Shown: piece by piece, positions 10,664-20,420 of the stretch
Layout: each line of letters begins with the position of its first letter
Numbering within the stretch: the stretch's first letter is position 1
Assembly (NCBI GenBank): GCA_937928555.1
Contig: CALFWR010000004.1
Coordinates: 15,513-79,512 of the forward strand
Length of the DNA: 64,000 nt
Reading direction: 5' to 3'
From: an uncultured Pirellulaceae bacterium
Lineage (GTDB): Bacteria > Planctomycetota > Planctomycetia > Pirellulales > Pirellulaceae
Notes under the pieces: model-generated
What the model saw: only the letters and a program-made list of their open reading frames with translations
The model's database searches: none
What the model was told of the DNA's origin: nothing
Made by a program: the position numbers and the translations under genes

Positions 10664-10852
10664 ACCGGAATTATTCACGACGACAGGCGTTGAATCAGGC
10701 TGAAGCGAACATCATCCGGGATCAAATCCGTATCGCCTCAGGGGCTTCGATTCGCCTCGCTGACGAAGTTCAAAACAGGGGCTTTTTGGAAACGATGCGG
10801 TGTTCAGTGGTTGAATAGAAGGTCACGCCCACGCCTCGTGAATAATCCGGGC
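10664..10852. mobile_element. 189-bp MITE, subfamily B interior
   Basis: Ends ACCGGAATTATTCACGA...TCGTGAATAATCCGGGC; TAA on both sides (10661-63 is the ribH stop; 10853-55). Confidence 0.85.
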
Positions 10853-10934
10853 TAAAAAGTCGGTGTGACTTTCGCCCATCGTCCAGTTGGTTAAACTGTC
10901 CTCTCAGAGAAGAGCATCACCCCTAAAGTCCAAT

Positions 10935-11363
10935 ATGTCGCGTCGCAGCCGAGCCCGGGAAATCGTTCTTCAAGTGCTCTACCAGAACGAACTCAATCCC
11001 GAACAACCGGACCTTGTTCGCACCCGTTTTGTGCAAGCCCGCCTGCGGCACGACACAAAGCTGGTCGCTTTTGCACAGTCGCTAATCGAAGGCGTTCGCA
11101 GCAACCGTGAACAGCTTGATCAGGCACTCGAAAAGACTGCCAGGAACTGGCGGCTTTCGCGAATGGCAGCGACAGACCGAAATGTATTGCGACTGGGAGC
11201 CTTTGAGTTGCTATTCACCGACACGCCGGGTCGAGTTGTTATCAACGAAGCGATCGATTTGGCCAGACGCTATGGATCGGACAATTCCGCAGCGTTCGTG
11301 AACGGAGTTCTTGATAGGGTTCTGAAAAATTCGCAGGCGTCTTCGACCGAAGCTTCATCGTAA
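10935..11363 (+). CDS. nusB: Transcription antitermination factor NusB
   Basis: RRSRAREIVLQVLYQ, DRNVLRLGAFE, INEAIDLARRYG, FVNGVLD. Confidence 0.96.
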   Translation: MSRRSRAREIVLQVLYQNELNPEQPDLVRTRFVQARLRHDTKLVAFAQSLIEGVRSNREQLDQALEKTARNWRLSRMAATDRNVLRLGAFELLFTDTPGRVVINEAIDLARRYGSDNSAAFVNGVLDRVLKNSQASSTEASS

Positions 11364-11391
11364 CGAGACCTTTTTCCCACCGAGTCCCAAC

Positions 11392-12537
11392 ATGGCAAAA
11401 TGGAATCCGTTTCGACGGAAAGACAAAACCCCGGACGAACCTGCACCGCAAAGTGGCACACCCACGTCGGTAGATCCACCTGCCCCCGTCGCACCACCGG
11501 CTGACGCCGCACCTGCCGCAGAGACGCCTGCACCTGCCGAACCCGCGCCGGCAGAAACAAAGATGCCTGCACGCGAACCGGTGCCGCCCGCTGAAAAGAA
11601 AGGCTTCTTCGGCAAATTCAAATCGGCACTTCAAAAAACGGTCAACGTCCTCAACACCGACCTTCGTGACATCATGAAGGAAGGGCGGCTTGTGGACGAT
11701 GAGTTTCTGGATGAGCTTTTCGCACACCTGATCAAGACGGACATGGGCGCCGGCCCGGCCAATAAAATCCGCGAAGACATCAAAACCGGTTTCCGCGGTC
11801 GCAAGCTGTTCATGAAAGACCTGGTCACGACGGCCCAGGAAACCATTCGCGAGATCATGAAACAGCAGGAGGCTCAGGTGCAGATGGCCGACAGTGGCCC
11901 GACAGTGGTTATGGTCGTCGGTGTCAACGGTGCCGGAAAGACGACGTCGATTGCCAAGCTGGTGCATATGTTCAAGGAACAAGGCAAGTCCGTCATTCTT
12001 GGAGCCGGCGACACGTTCCGGGCAGCGGCGGTTGAACAGCTGACCATTTGGGCACAGCGGATGGGTGCGGAGATCATCACCGGAAAATCGGGAAGCGATC
12101 CCGCCAGCGTCGCCTACAAGGCTACCGAAGCGGCTTACAAGCAGGGCGCTGACGTTGTCATTATCGACACCGCCGGGAGGCTGCAAACGCAATCCAACCT
12201 AATGGATGAACTTGGTCGCATCCATCGGATCATCAACAAAGCCGCCAACAGTTGCTCCGAAGGATCAACCGCGCCGCACGAGGTTCTTCTGGTGTTGGAC
12301 GCGACCGCCGGCCAAAACGCGATCTCTCAGGCACGGGGATTTTCCGAAGCCGCCAATTGTACTGGCATTATTCTGGCCAAACTCGATGGCACCGCGAAGG
12401 GCGGCGTGGCGATTCCGATTCGCCAGGAATTTGGCTTGCCCGTGAAGTTCATTGGGCTTGGTGAAACTCCTGACGCTTTTGCAAAATTCGATGTCGATAC
12501 TTACGTTGATGCCTTGTTCGATGATATCGATCAGTAG
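11392..12537 (+). CDS. ftsY: SRP receptor FtsY with Pro/Ala-rich N-terminus
   Basis: GVNGAGKTTSIAKL, DTFRAAAVEQL, DTAGRLQT, KLDGTAKGG. Confidence 0.97.
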   Translation: MAKWNPFRRKDKTPDEPAPQSGTPTSVDPPAPVAPPADAAPAAETPAPAEPAPAETKMPAREPVPPAEKKGFFGKFKSALQKTVNVLNTDLRDIMKEGRLVDDEFLDELFAHLIKTDMGAGPANKIREDIKTGFRGRKLFMKDLVTTAQETIREIMKQQEAQVQMADSGPTVVMVVGVNGAGKTTSIAKLVHMFKEQGKSVILGAGDTFRAAAVEQLTIWAQRMGAEIITGKSGSDPASVAYKATEAAYKQGADVVIIDTAGRLQTQSNLMDELGRIHRIINKAANSCSEGSTAPHEVLLVLDATAGQNAISQARGFSEAANCTGIILAKLDGTAKGGVAIPIRQEFGLPVKFIGLGETPDAFAKFDVDTYVDALFDDIDQ

Positions 12538-12562
12538 GTTGCCGAGTTTTTCGTGCTGAGTT

Positions 12563-12667
12563 CTCAATACTCAGTACTCAATACTCAATACTCAGTACTC
12601 AGTACTCAGTACTCAGTACTCAGTACTCAGTACTCAGTACTCAGTACTCGGTACTCGGTACTCAGCA
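12563..12667. repeat. Heptamer tandem array (CTCAGTA) x15
   Basis: 15 consecutive units (variants CTCAATA, CTCGGTA, CTCAGCA) between two convergent genes. Confidence 0.95.
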
Positions 12668-12670
12668 GGG

Positions 12671-13480
12671 TCACTCGCTTTGTTGCTGTCGGGAACCGAT
12701 CAAACTGGCCCACTTCGACTGAAGTGCATCATGCAGCGAAAGTGTCAGCCGATCTTTTTTTTTCTCAATACTCTTGTTGAGCTTGTCCACGATTTTCTTT
12801 TCGTACTTCGCCAACCGGGATTCCATCTGACTCCTTGCCGCCCGAGTCAACTGCTGCGCCACCTCACCGCCGGCTTTGCTGACCCGGTCAATACGAAACT
12901 TCCGAATCTCAATGGTCGCTGATTCGGCAGTCGGAATCAGCTTCAAATCCGGTGGAAACTTCGTGGGCACCAACTCAGTCGCCAGACGAATATCGACCGC
13001 CACCGACACATCAGCCTTGCCTTCAACGCTGATACTGTACAGCTGCAAGCCCTTGACCCACTTGGACTGCCGTGCATGAACGTTGACTTTCGCCGCCGCG
13101 CCGACGGTAAAGGAAGTTACTCCATCGTCATGCTCCCGGAAATTGGACACCGACACACGCAGGTTCTTTACCGGATCGATCAGGTCAACGGTGTACTTTT
13201 TCCACGTACCGTGGTTGACTGTTTTCTTGCGTCGCTTGGTCGTCAGACGGCCTTTTGAATTTCGATAAACGCGAATACCATCCCAGCGTTCATCCGTTTT
13301 GCCCCAGTCTTTATCTTCGACGTAAGGCACTGGAAGATTCTTGATCGCCAGTCCTGTCAGCAGTTGATCCAACTTCTTTGCCTGCTCCGACTGGCTTTCA
13401 TCTTCCTGCGCCCACAGGCAATCTGTCGCAGGTGTCAGAATCATGGCCAACGCGAGCAGGCTGTCTCTCATCCAGTTCAT
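12671..13480 (-). CDS. Secreted hypothetical protein (planctomycete-type)
   Basis: Long ORF; signal-peptide-like MNWMRDSLLALAMILTPATDCLWA; beta-rich body. Confidence 0.7.
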   Translation of the reverse strand: MNWMRDSLLALAMILTPATDCLWAQEDESQSEQAKKLDQLLTGLAIKNLPVPYVEDKDWGKTDERWDGIRVYRNSKGRLTTKRRKKTVNHGTWKKYTVDLIDPVKNLRVSVSNFREHDDGVTSFTVGAAAKVNVHARQSKWVKGLQLYSISVEGKADVSVAVDIRLATELVPTKFPPDLKLIPTAESATIEIRKFRIDRVSKAGGEVAQQLTRAARSQMESRLAKYEKKIVDKLNKSIEKKKDRLTLSLHDALQSKWASLIGSRQQQSE

Positions 13481-13504
13481 TGTGCTATTCTGGGTAAAAC
13501 GAAT

Positions 13505-14125
13505 ATGCCACACGGTTCATCAATGAAGACATCCTGTCAGAAATCCACCCTGCCCGCGCTGGTCGCATTCTTGTTCTTTTTGGGCTGCGATGGCAAGGCC
13601 GGAATCGGAGTGGGGAACCGGATCGTTCCCGTTCCCCCCAGTCAAATCGCTCCATTCAGCTATCAGGGGAAAATTGGGCGCATCTGGGGTGGTGACAATT
13701 TCGAAGTCGTCCATGACAACAAAGTTCACTTTGTCTACCTGCGGGGAATTGACTCACCCGCTCCTGGACAGTTTGGGCGGGATCTTGCCGAGGCCAAAAC
13801 CAGCTCCTTGGCGAAAGGAAAAACTGTCACGGTGAACGTCATCGAGCATGACGCGTGGATGTGCGAAGTGTCTGACGTCATGATCCCGGGTGAAAACCCG
13901 GACCAACCAATCGACCTCGGGCAGGCATTGCTGGCTGCGGGGCTGGCATGGTTCGACAACAGCAGCGGGCCCTATTCAGAAAACTACCGTGCCGCCCAAG
14001 CGCAGGCACGTGAAAAAAGAATCGGAATTTGGTCGCAGAAAAATCCCACGCCTCCATGGGAAGCATGGAAGGAATCGCAGCAAGCGATGCAGAAATCGCT
14101 GATCGCCGATAAAGAATCGAAATAA
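13505..14125 (+). CDS. Thermonuclease (SNase-fold) family lipoprotein with degenerate active site
   Basis: LRGIDSP, LLAAGLAW, AREKRIGIWS...PPWE; lipobox FLGC. Confidence 0.8.
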   Translation: MPHGSSMKTSCQKSTLPALVAFLFFLGCDGKAGIGVGNRIVPVPPSQIAPFSYQGKIGRIWGGDNFEVVHDNKVHFVYLRGIDSPAPGQFGRDLAEAKTSSLAKGKTVTVNVIEHDAWMCEVSDVMIPGENPDQPIDLGQALLAAGLAWFDNSSGPYSENYRAAQAQAREKRIGIWSQKNPTPPWEAWKESQQAMQKSLIADKESK

Positions 14126-14129
14126 AAAA

Positions 14130-14158
14130 GGCCTCCGGTCTTCAATGACCGGGAGGCC
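14130..14158 (-). terminator. Hairpin terminator between the SNase gene and the cold-shock gene
   Basis: GGCCTCC-GGTC-TTCAAT-GACC-GGGAGGCC preceded by AAAAAA (a U-tract on the minus strand). Confidence 0.7.
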
Positions 14159-14170
14159 CTTGGTCGTCAA

Positions 14171-14371
14171 CTAGCCTTGAATGACTCTTACGTTCTCGGC
14201 TCGCGGACCCTTCGGTCCGTCACCTTCGGAGTATTCCACTTGTTGGCCTTCGCGAAGTTCTTCAAAAGTAACTCCTTCGAGTGCTGAAAAGTGGAAGAAG
14301 ATATCGCTCTTCTCTCCTTGAATGAATCCAAATCCCTTATCAGCCAGCTTCTTGATCGTACCTTGCGGCAT
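14171..14371 (-). CDS. Cold-shock domain protein
   Basis: KGFGFI (RNP1), DIFFHFS (RNP2), GPKGPRAENV. Confidence 0.95.
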   Translation of the reverse strand: MPQGTIKKLADKGFGFIQGEKSDIFFHFSALEGVTFEELREGQQVEYSEGDGPKGPRAENVRVIQG

Positions 14372-14777
14372 AGAAAATCCCCAAAATCACTCGACGCAAA
14401 ATCAACCGGAACCTGAAGATCGAGCAGCATCATGTTCCGCAACGCATGGGCTGTGAGGAAAAACTTCATCATCGAATTTGGGTTAACCTGAAACGCGATT
14501 TTGCAATTCCTCAACACCGAAACGCGACCAACCTCCGCCGGCCACATTTTCTTGGCATCCCCACAACCCTTTTTCATGATAAGGGTATGGCAGGGGCATC
14601 GCAAACAAACTCTTCGGTCAAAAGAATCATTGAAAACCGACTCAATACGCCTTCGGGGGCTATCGCGGTCTCTGAAACGCCGTAAATTTGCGAGCGATCC
14701 GGACCAGAACGCTCTGCCGGGCAACCGTTTGTACCGATTGGTCAGGTTGAAAAAAGTTGGAATTAGATACCCTAGCC

Positions 14778-15407
14778 ATGAACGAAATCATCGATCTGAT
14801 TGAAAACCAGCAAGTCAGGGGTCTGATCTTTGATTGTGATGGAACGCTCGCCGACACCATGCCATTACATTTTCTCGCCTGGCATGAGTCGCTGCGTCGT
14901 GTCGGGCTTCAGTTCGACGAAGACCTTTTTTACTCATACGCTGGCCAACCGACCGACTATATCATCAGTGAACTCTCCAGAGACCAGGGCGTCGAAGTTG
15001 ATGTCTCTTCCCTGACGATCGAAAAAGAACAAGCTTTCCTTGACCGTCTTGCGGACGTCAAGCCGATCGAGCCAGTCGTCGATTTCGCCAAGAAGTTCAA
15101 GGGTAAACTGCCGATGGGAGTCGGCAGCGGAGGTTTGCGCGATGTCGTCCAACAGATCCTTGGCCACCTCCAAGTCTCTGAACTTTTCAGCGCCGTGGTC
15201 GGTGCCGAAGACACCCAGTTGCACAAACCCGAACCCGATGTCTTCCTCGAAGTCGCTCGCCGTCTGGGGGTCGATCCCGCCGCATGCATTGTCTTTGAAG
15301 ATGCAGATCTGGGCGTCGAAGCGGCCAGACGCGCCGGGATGAGATACTTTGACGTTCGCACAATCCATACACCGCGCCGAATCACCGCTTCCACGCCCCA
15401 GAGATAA
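14778..15407 (+). CDS. HAD-superfamily phosphatase (YqaB/beta-PGM-like)
   Basis: IFDCDGTLADTM, KPEPDVF, VFEDADLGVEAA. Confidence 0.92.
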   Translation: MNEIIDLIENQQVRGLIFDCDGTLADTMPLHFLAWHESLRRVGLQFDEDLFYSYAGQPTDYIISELSRDQGVEVDVSSLTIEKEQAFLDRLADVKPIEPVVDFAKKFKGKLPMGVGSGGLRDVVQQILGHLQVSELFSAVVGAEDTQLHKPEPDVFLEVARRLGVDPAACIVFEDADLGVEAARRAGMRYFDVRTIHTPRRITASTPQR

Positions 15408-15411
15408 TTCA

Positions 15412-17421
15412 TTGCTCACCGTTGAAGACATTCTTGCTGATGGCGGTTCGGTCTCACGCCGACTCGAAGGCTACGAATCCAGACAGCCGCAACTGGACAT
15501 GGCAAACGCAGTCGCCCGGGCCATCGCCGACAAACGGCATCTGGTCGTCGAAGCCGGAACCGGGGTCGGCAAAAGCCTGGGCTACATGGTTCCCGCAATT
15601 CTCAGCCTGGAAGCCAACCAAAGCGCCACCAGCGAAAGCGAAACCAAGCGTCGGATCGTCGTGTCGACCAACACGATCAGCCTGCAAGAGCAGCTCGTCA
15701 ACAAGGACTTGCCCTTGCTCAACAGCGTCATTCCACTGGAGTTCTCTGCAGTGCTTGCCAAAGGTCGCGGTAACTACGTCAGCCTCAGACGGTTGGCCGA
15801 CGCGAGGAAAAACGCCGGGCTGCTGTTTTCCTCCGAAGGCGAAGCAAGCCAACTGGATCCCATCAACGCCTGGTCCGGGGAAACCGCCGACGGCTCCCGC
15901 AGTGACCTTCCTGTTCGCGTCTTGCCACAGGTTTGGGACGAAATCCGCAGCGACACCAGCAATTGTCTTGGCCGCAAATGCCCGCGGCACTCGGACTGCT
16001 TTTACTACAGCGCAAGGCAACGGCTTCAAAACGCCGACATCCTCGTCGTCAACCACGCGTTGTTTTTCACCGACCTGGCGCTGCGCCGTTTGGGCGTGAA
16101 TTTGCTTCCCGACTACCAGTGTGTGATTCTCGACGAAGCCCACACGGTTGCCGACGTGGCCAGCGATCATCTGGGCCTCGGTGTGACGATGGGCCAAATC
16201 GACTTTACGCTCAGCCGGCTTTATAACAATCGCTCCAATAAAGGGCTGCTGGTCGTACACGACCTGGGCGATGCACAAAAACTGGTCGTCAAATGCACCC
16301 TCGCGGCCAACGAATTCTTCGGCGACATCCAGGGCTGGGTGGAAAGAACCGCCGGTAACGCGAATCGAAAAAGCAACACCTATCGTGTCAACAAACCTGG
16401 CATCGTCGCCAACCGATTGAGCAAACTGATGAACCAGTTGGCCGACCGCGTTGCCCTAGCCGCCGAAGATATCAAATCGCCCGCCGCCAAGCAGAATTTG
16501 GTCTCCGCATCGGATCGACTTACCGCGCTGTCGGGATCGATTGAGCAATGGCGAAAGCAGGAGATTGAAGATTGCGTCTACTGGGTCGAAAGTTCCTTCC
16601 GGCGTAGCGGTAAGCAGCACATCGGACTGATGGCCGCGCCGGTGGACGTCGGGCCGCTGATCCGTGAAAACCTTTTCGACAAAGTTGACAGCGTCATCAT
16701 GGCCAGCGCAACAATCGCCGTCGGCGAATCATCGTTTGACTTTTTCCGCAACCGCGTTGGTCTGACCCGGGGTGACAACCTGAAACTTGGCAGCCCCTTC
16801 AACTACCAGGAACAGGCCGAGTTGATCGTTGTTCACGGTATGGCCAACCCTTCGACCAACCGCGACGTTCACGAGCGGCAGTGCATTGATGCCATTCGCC
16901 ATTACGTGGACCGAACCGATGGTAACGCGTTTGTGCTGTTCACCAGCTACGAGTTTCTCAAACGCGCCGAAAGGGACCTGCGCTCGTGGATGATCGAACG
17001 CGATTACGGGATCTTTAGCCAGGCTTCGGGCGTGGCCCGCAGTCAACTGTTGGATCAGTTCAAGGAGTCGCCGCGAAGCGTGCTTTTTGGAACCGCAAGT
17101 TTCTGGCAGGGCGTTGATGTCCAGGGCGATTCGCTGCAAAACGTGATCATCACCAAGCTTCCCTTTAGCGTGCCAGATCAACCGTTGTTGCAAGCGCGAC
17201 TCGATTCGATTCGCGAGTCCGGGGGAAATCCATTCAATGAGTATCAGCTTCCCGAAGCGGTGATCAAGTTCAAGCAGGGTTTCGGGCGTCTGATCCGTAG
17301 CAAGTCCGACAGCGGGATCGTCGTTGTGCTTGATCCAAGGATCCGCACCAAGCCCTACGGCCGGGTGTTTATCAGTTCGTTGCCGAAGTGCAAAGTTGTC
17401 CAAGAGCCATTGCCGTCGTAG
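15412..17421 (+). CDS. DinG/YoaA-family ATP-dependent helicase
   Basis: VEAGTGVGKS, KGRGNYVSL, VVNHALFF, ILDEAH, SATI, VLFTSY, GTASFWQGVD, KLPF, QGFGRLIRS. Confidence 0.93.
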   Translation: MLTVEDILADGGSVSRRLEGYESRQPQLDMANAVARAIADKRHLVVEAGTGVGKSLGYMVPAILSLEANQSATSESETKRRIVVSTNTISLQEQLVNKDLPLLNSVIPLEFSAVLAKGRGNYVSLRRLADARKNAGLLFSSEGEASQLDPINAWSGETADGSRSDLPVRVLPQVWDEIRSDTSNCLGRKCPRHSDCFYYSARQRLQNADILVVNHALFFTDLALRRLGVNLLPDYQCVILDEAHTVADVASDHLGLGVTMGQIDFTLSRLYNNRSNKGLLVVHDLGDAQKLVVKCTLAANEFFGDIQGWVERTAGNANRKSNTYRVNKPGIVANRLSKLMNQLADRVALAAEDIKSPAAKQNLVSASDRLTALSGSIEQWRKQEIEDCVYWVESSFRRSGKQHIGLMAAPVDVGPLIRENLFDKVDSVIMASATIAVGESSFDFFRNRVGLTRGDNLKLGSPFNYQEQAELIVVHGMANPSTNRDVHERQCIDAIRHYVDRTDGNAFVLFTSYEFLKRAERDLRSWMIERDYGIFSQASGVARSQLLDQFKESPRSVLFGTASFWQGVDVQGDSLQNVIITKLPFSVPDQPLLQARLDSIRESGGNPFNEYQLPEAVIKFKQGFGRLIRSKSDSGIVVVLDPRIRTKPYGRVFISSLPKCKVVQEPLPS

Positions 17422-17432
17422 GTGGACTGTCA

Positions 17433-17519
17433 CCCCGGATTATTCACGAGGTGTGGGCGTGGCTTTCAGTTCAACCATTGAATACCGCATCGTTTCGAAA
17501 AAGCCCGTTTTTTGAACTT
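17433..17519. mobile_element. Truncated MITE (subfamily B half)
   Basis: CCCCGGATTATTCACGAGGTGTGGGCGT... matches the reverse complement of the 10664 copy, then breaks off at the next element. Confidence 0.75.
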
Positions 17520-17522
17520 TTA

Positions 17523-17711
17523 TCCCGGATTATTCACGACGACGGGCGTTGACTCTACGTCTGGCCAACAGGAGCAAGGGAAAAACTGAATTTCAACAAG
17601 AAATATGAATCATTCGGCAGGTGAAAGCCACAGCGATCGCTTCATCGCATCAGAGTAACCGATCACTGTCTCAACTGATTCTGACGCCCACGCCTCGTGA
17701 ATAGTCCGGGT
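17523..17711. mobile_element. 189-bp MITE, subfamily A
   Basis: Terminal inverted repeats as in the other copies; TTA on both sides (17520-22, 17712-14). Confidence 0.9.
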
Positions 17712-17721
17712 TTATCTGTGA

Positions 17722-17744
17722 GCCCGGATTATTCACGACGACGG
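17722..17744. mobile_element. Isolated MITE terminal repeat
   Basis: GCCCGGATTATTCACGACGACGG preceded by TGA. Confidence 0.65.
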
Positions 17745-17779
17745 CTGAAAGCCATCGCCACGACTGAGCGTCCCTTCAG

Positions 17780-18466
17780 CTACGACACCTGAACCAACAG
17801 CAAACCCAAACCCTCAATCGACGCCTCCAACCTGTCACCGCGCACCACCGGTCCCACGCCCGCTGGTGTGCCCGACAAAATTACATCGCCGGCGGCCAGC
17901 TCAAAATACATCGACAGAAAAGAAATAATCTCGGGCACTTTCCAGATCATCTGATTCAAATCACCGGTCTGTCGGACCGTTCCGTTGACCAGTAGCTCAA
18001 CCTTGCCTTGCGAAAGATGCCCGATGTTCGCTGCGGCGACCAACGGTCCGATCGGCGCCGAATTTTCCGAAGCCTTGCCAATCTCCCATGGTCGCCCCGC
18101 CTTTTTTGCAATCGCCTGCAGATCACGGCGAGTCATATCAAGCGAAACGGCATAGCCGAAAACGTGCTGTAGCGCGTTGTCGACAGCGATGTCACGGCCA
18201 CCAGAGTGCAACGCAACCGCCAGCTCAATTTCATGATGCACGTTGGAGCTTTGTGGCGGATACGGAAAGACACCCGAGGCGTTCAGATTGTCGGGGTTCT
18301 TTTGAAAGAAGAACGGATGTTCCCGCGTCGGGTCATGCCCCATCTCGACCGCGTGAGCCGCATAGTTCCGCCCGATGCAATACACGCGTCGAACCGGAAA
18401 CAGCGAAGCCTGTCCTTTGATGGGCAAACCGGTCACTGGCGATGGCGGGAAAAGGTAATCAGGCAT
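17780..18466 (-). CDS. Fumarylacetoacetate hydrolase family protein
   Basis: RVYCIGRNYAAHA, FFQKNP, HHEIEL, DMTRRDLQ, PWEIGK, GDVILSGTPAGVG. Confidence 0.93.
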   Translation of the reverse strand: MPDYLFPPSPVTGLPIKGQASLFPVRRVYCIGRNYAAHAVEMGHDPTREHPFFFQKNPDNLNASGVFPYPPQSSNVHHEIELAVALHSGGRDIAVDNALQHVFGYAVSLDMTRRDLQAIAKKAGRPWEIGKASENSAPIGPLVAAANIGHLSQGKVELLVNGTVRQTGDLNQMIWKVPEIISFLSMYFELAAGDVILSGTPAGVGPVVRGDRLEASIEGLGLLLVQVS

Positions 18467-18473
18467 CGAATCG

Positions 18474-20402
18474 CTACACATCAATTTCAATCGCGTCGGC
18501 GTCTTCGGCCCGCTCCATGATAAAGCGATACCGCGCCGAAGCGTCTTTGCCCATCAAATCGCCAATGATCCGGTCGGTCTCCAGCTGATCATCGACTTCA
18601 ACCTGTACCAACCGGCGGGTCTCGGGATTGAGCGTTGTCTCCCAGAGCACCTTGGGCATCATCTCGCCCAGGCCCTTGAACCTTGTGATCTCCGGATTGG
18701 CGCGGCCTGAATGCTGTTCAAGAATTCTTGCTCTCGCTTCTTCGTCGGCGGCCCAATGTGTTTCTTTCCCGATGTTGATGCGAAACAGCGGCGGCACCGC
18801 GATGTACAAGTGCCCATTGGAAATCAGCTGCGGCATGTGGCGATAAAAGAAAGTCAACAACAGGGTGGTGATGTGGTGTCCGTCAGAATCTGCATCGGCA
18901 AGCAAAATGATCTTTTGGTATCGCAGACCGCCAATGTTGAAGCTTGTCCCCAGACCGCAGCCGATTGACGCCACTAGATCCTGAATCTCGCGATTTTCCA
19001 CGATCTTTTTCATCGCCGCGCTTTCAGTGTTGAGCACCTTGCCTCGCAGCGGCAGGATCGCCTGAAAGTTCCGGTCGCGGCCCTGTTTGGCGCTTCCGCC
19101 GGCCGAATCACCTTCGACGATGAACAACTCCGATCGATCGCGGCCGCTGGCCATGCAGTCCGAAAGCTTTCCCGGAAGCATCGATTTCTTGCCGCTGACT
19201 TTGCGTGAAATCGAAGCCGACGCCGCCCGCGACGCCGCCCGAGCTCGAGCCGCAGCGATGATCCGCGCCACGATGCCGTCGGCGACGGAGCGATTCTCGT
19301 TCATCCACTGCTCCAGTGCCGGCCGCAATTCGCCGTCGATCATGCTGGTGACGTGAGGGTTGTTCAACCGGTCCTTGGTCTGGCCCTGAAACTGCGGTTC
19401 CTTGATAAATACGCTGATAATCGCCACGATACCCTCGCGGATGTCGTCGTGTGAAATCTTCACCCCGCGAGGCGTCAGGTTGTGCATGTCGATGTAGTTG
19501 CGAACGGCTTTGACCAGGCCGCTGCGAAAACCGTTTTCGTGAGTTCCGCCGCTGCCGGTCGGGATTCCGTTGACGTAAGAGCGAACGTGTTCGTCAGTGG
19601 AGTCCGTCCAGTGCAGCACCAGTTCGAATCGCTCGTCGTCTTTGGCCGCGGTGTGTGAAAAGGGTGCGTCGTGGATCGACGACGCGGAACGTTCTTTGGA
19701 AACTTTGGTCAGAAAGTCCACGACTCCATTTTCATGATGGAACGATTCCTTGACCCCGTTAACGTCGTCCTGAAAGTTGACTTTCACGCCACGATGCAGA
19801 AAGCTGATGATCTCGATGCGGCTACGGATGGTAGCCGGATTGAAAACCGTTTTGGGAAAGATCGTCGGGTCCGGTGTAAAGGTTATCGTGGTGCCGGTGC
19901 CGCGCACGGCACCTTTGAGTTTTTGCAGTTTTGTTTTGGGCTGGCCTTTGCTGAACTCCATCCGGTACTGCGCCCCGTCGCGTTTGACGACCGCGATCAG
20001 TGATTTGGAGAGCGCATTGACGACCGACGCGCCGACACCGTGAAGCCCACCGGCGGTCTTGTAGTTGTCACCTTCGAATTTGCCGCCCGCATGCAGGACC
20101 GTTAGCACCGTTTCGAGAGCACTCTTTTTCGTTTTGGCATGCTTGTCGACGGGGATGCCGCGGCCGTTGTCCGAAACGCTTACTGTCATCGCAGTTTTGT
20201 GCAAGTGAACATTGATCTCGCTCGCGTGGCCGTTCATGGCTTCGTCGACCGAGTTGTCCATGATCTCCCAGACAAGGTGATGCAGCCCCGCCATGCCGAC
20301 ACCGCCGATGTACATCCCTGGTCGCTTGCGGACCGGTTCCAGGCCTTCCAGAACGGTGATGTTTTCGGATTTGTAAGATTTCTTTTTGGTTGCTGCTGCC
20401 AT
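18474..20402 (-). CDS. Type IIA topoisomerase B subunit (ParE/GyrB-like, no long insert)
   Basis: LEGLEPVRKRPGMYIG, DNSVDE, DNGRGIP, GGLHGVGASVVNALS, VEGDSAGGSAKQGR, PLRGKVLN, DADSDG, RFKGLGEM. Confidence 0.95.
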   Translation of the reverse strand: MAAATKKKSYKSENITVLEGLEPVRKRPGMYIGGVGMAGLHHLVWEIMDNSVDEAMNGHASEINVHLHKTAMTVSVSDNGRGIPVDKHAKTKKSALETVLTVLHAGGKFEGDNYKTAGGLHGVGASVVNALSKSLIAVVKRDGAQYRMEFSKGQPKTKLQKLKGAVRGTGTTITFTPDPTIFPKTVFNPATIRSRIEIISFLHRGVKVNFQDDVNGVKESFHHENGVVDFLTKVSKERSASSIHDAPFSHTAAKDDERFELVLHWTDSTDEHVRSYVNGIPTGSGGTHENGFRSGLVKAVRNYIDMHNLTPRGVKISHDDIREGIVAIISVFIKEPQFQGQTKDRLNNPHVTSMIDGELRPALEQWMNENRSVADGIVARIIAAARARAASRAASASISRKVSGKKSMLPGKLSDCMASGRDRSELFIVEGDSAGGSAKQGRDRNFQAILPLRGKVLNTESAAMKKIVENREIQDLVASIGCGLGTSFNIGGLRYQKIILLADADSDGHHITTLLLTFFYRHMPQLISNGHLYIAVPPLFRINIGKETHWAADEEARARILEQHSGRANPEITRFKGLGEMMPKVLWETTLNPETRRLVQVEVDDQLETDRIIGDLMGKDASARYRFIMERAEDADAIEIDV

Positions 20403-20420
20403 GTTTTTTCCTGGTGTCGT

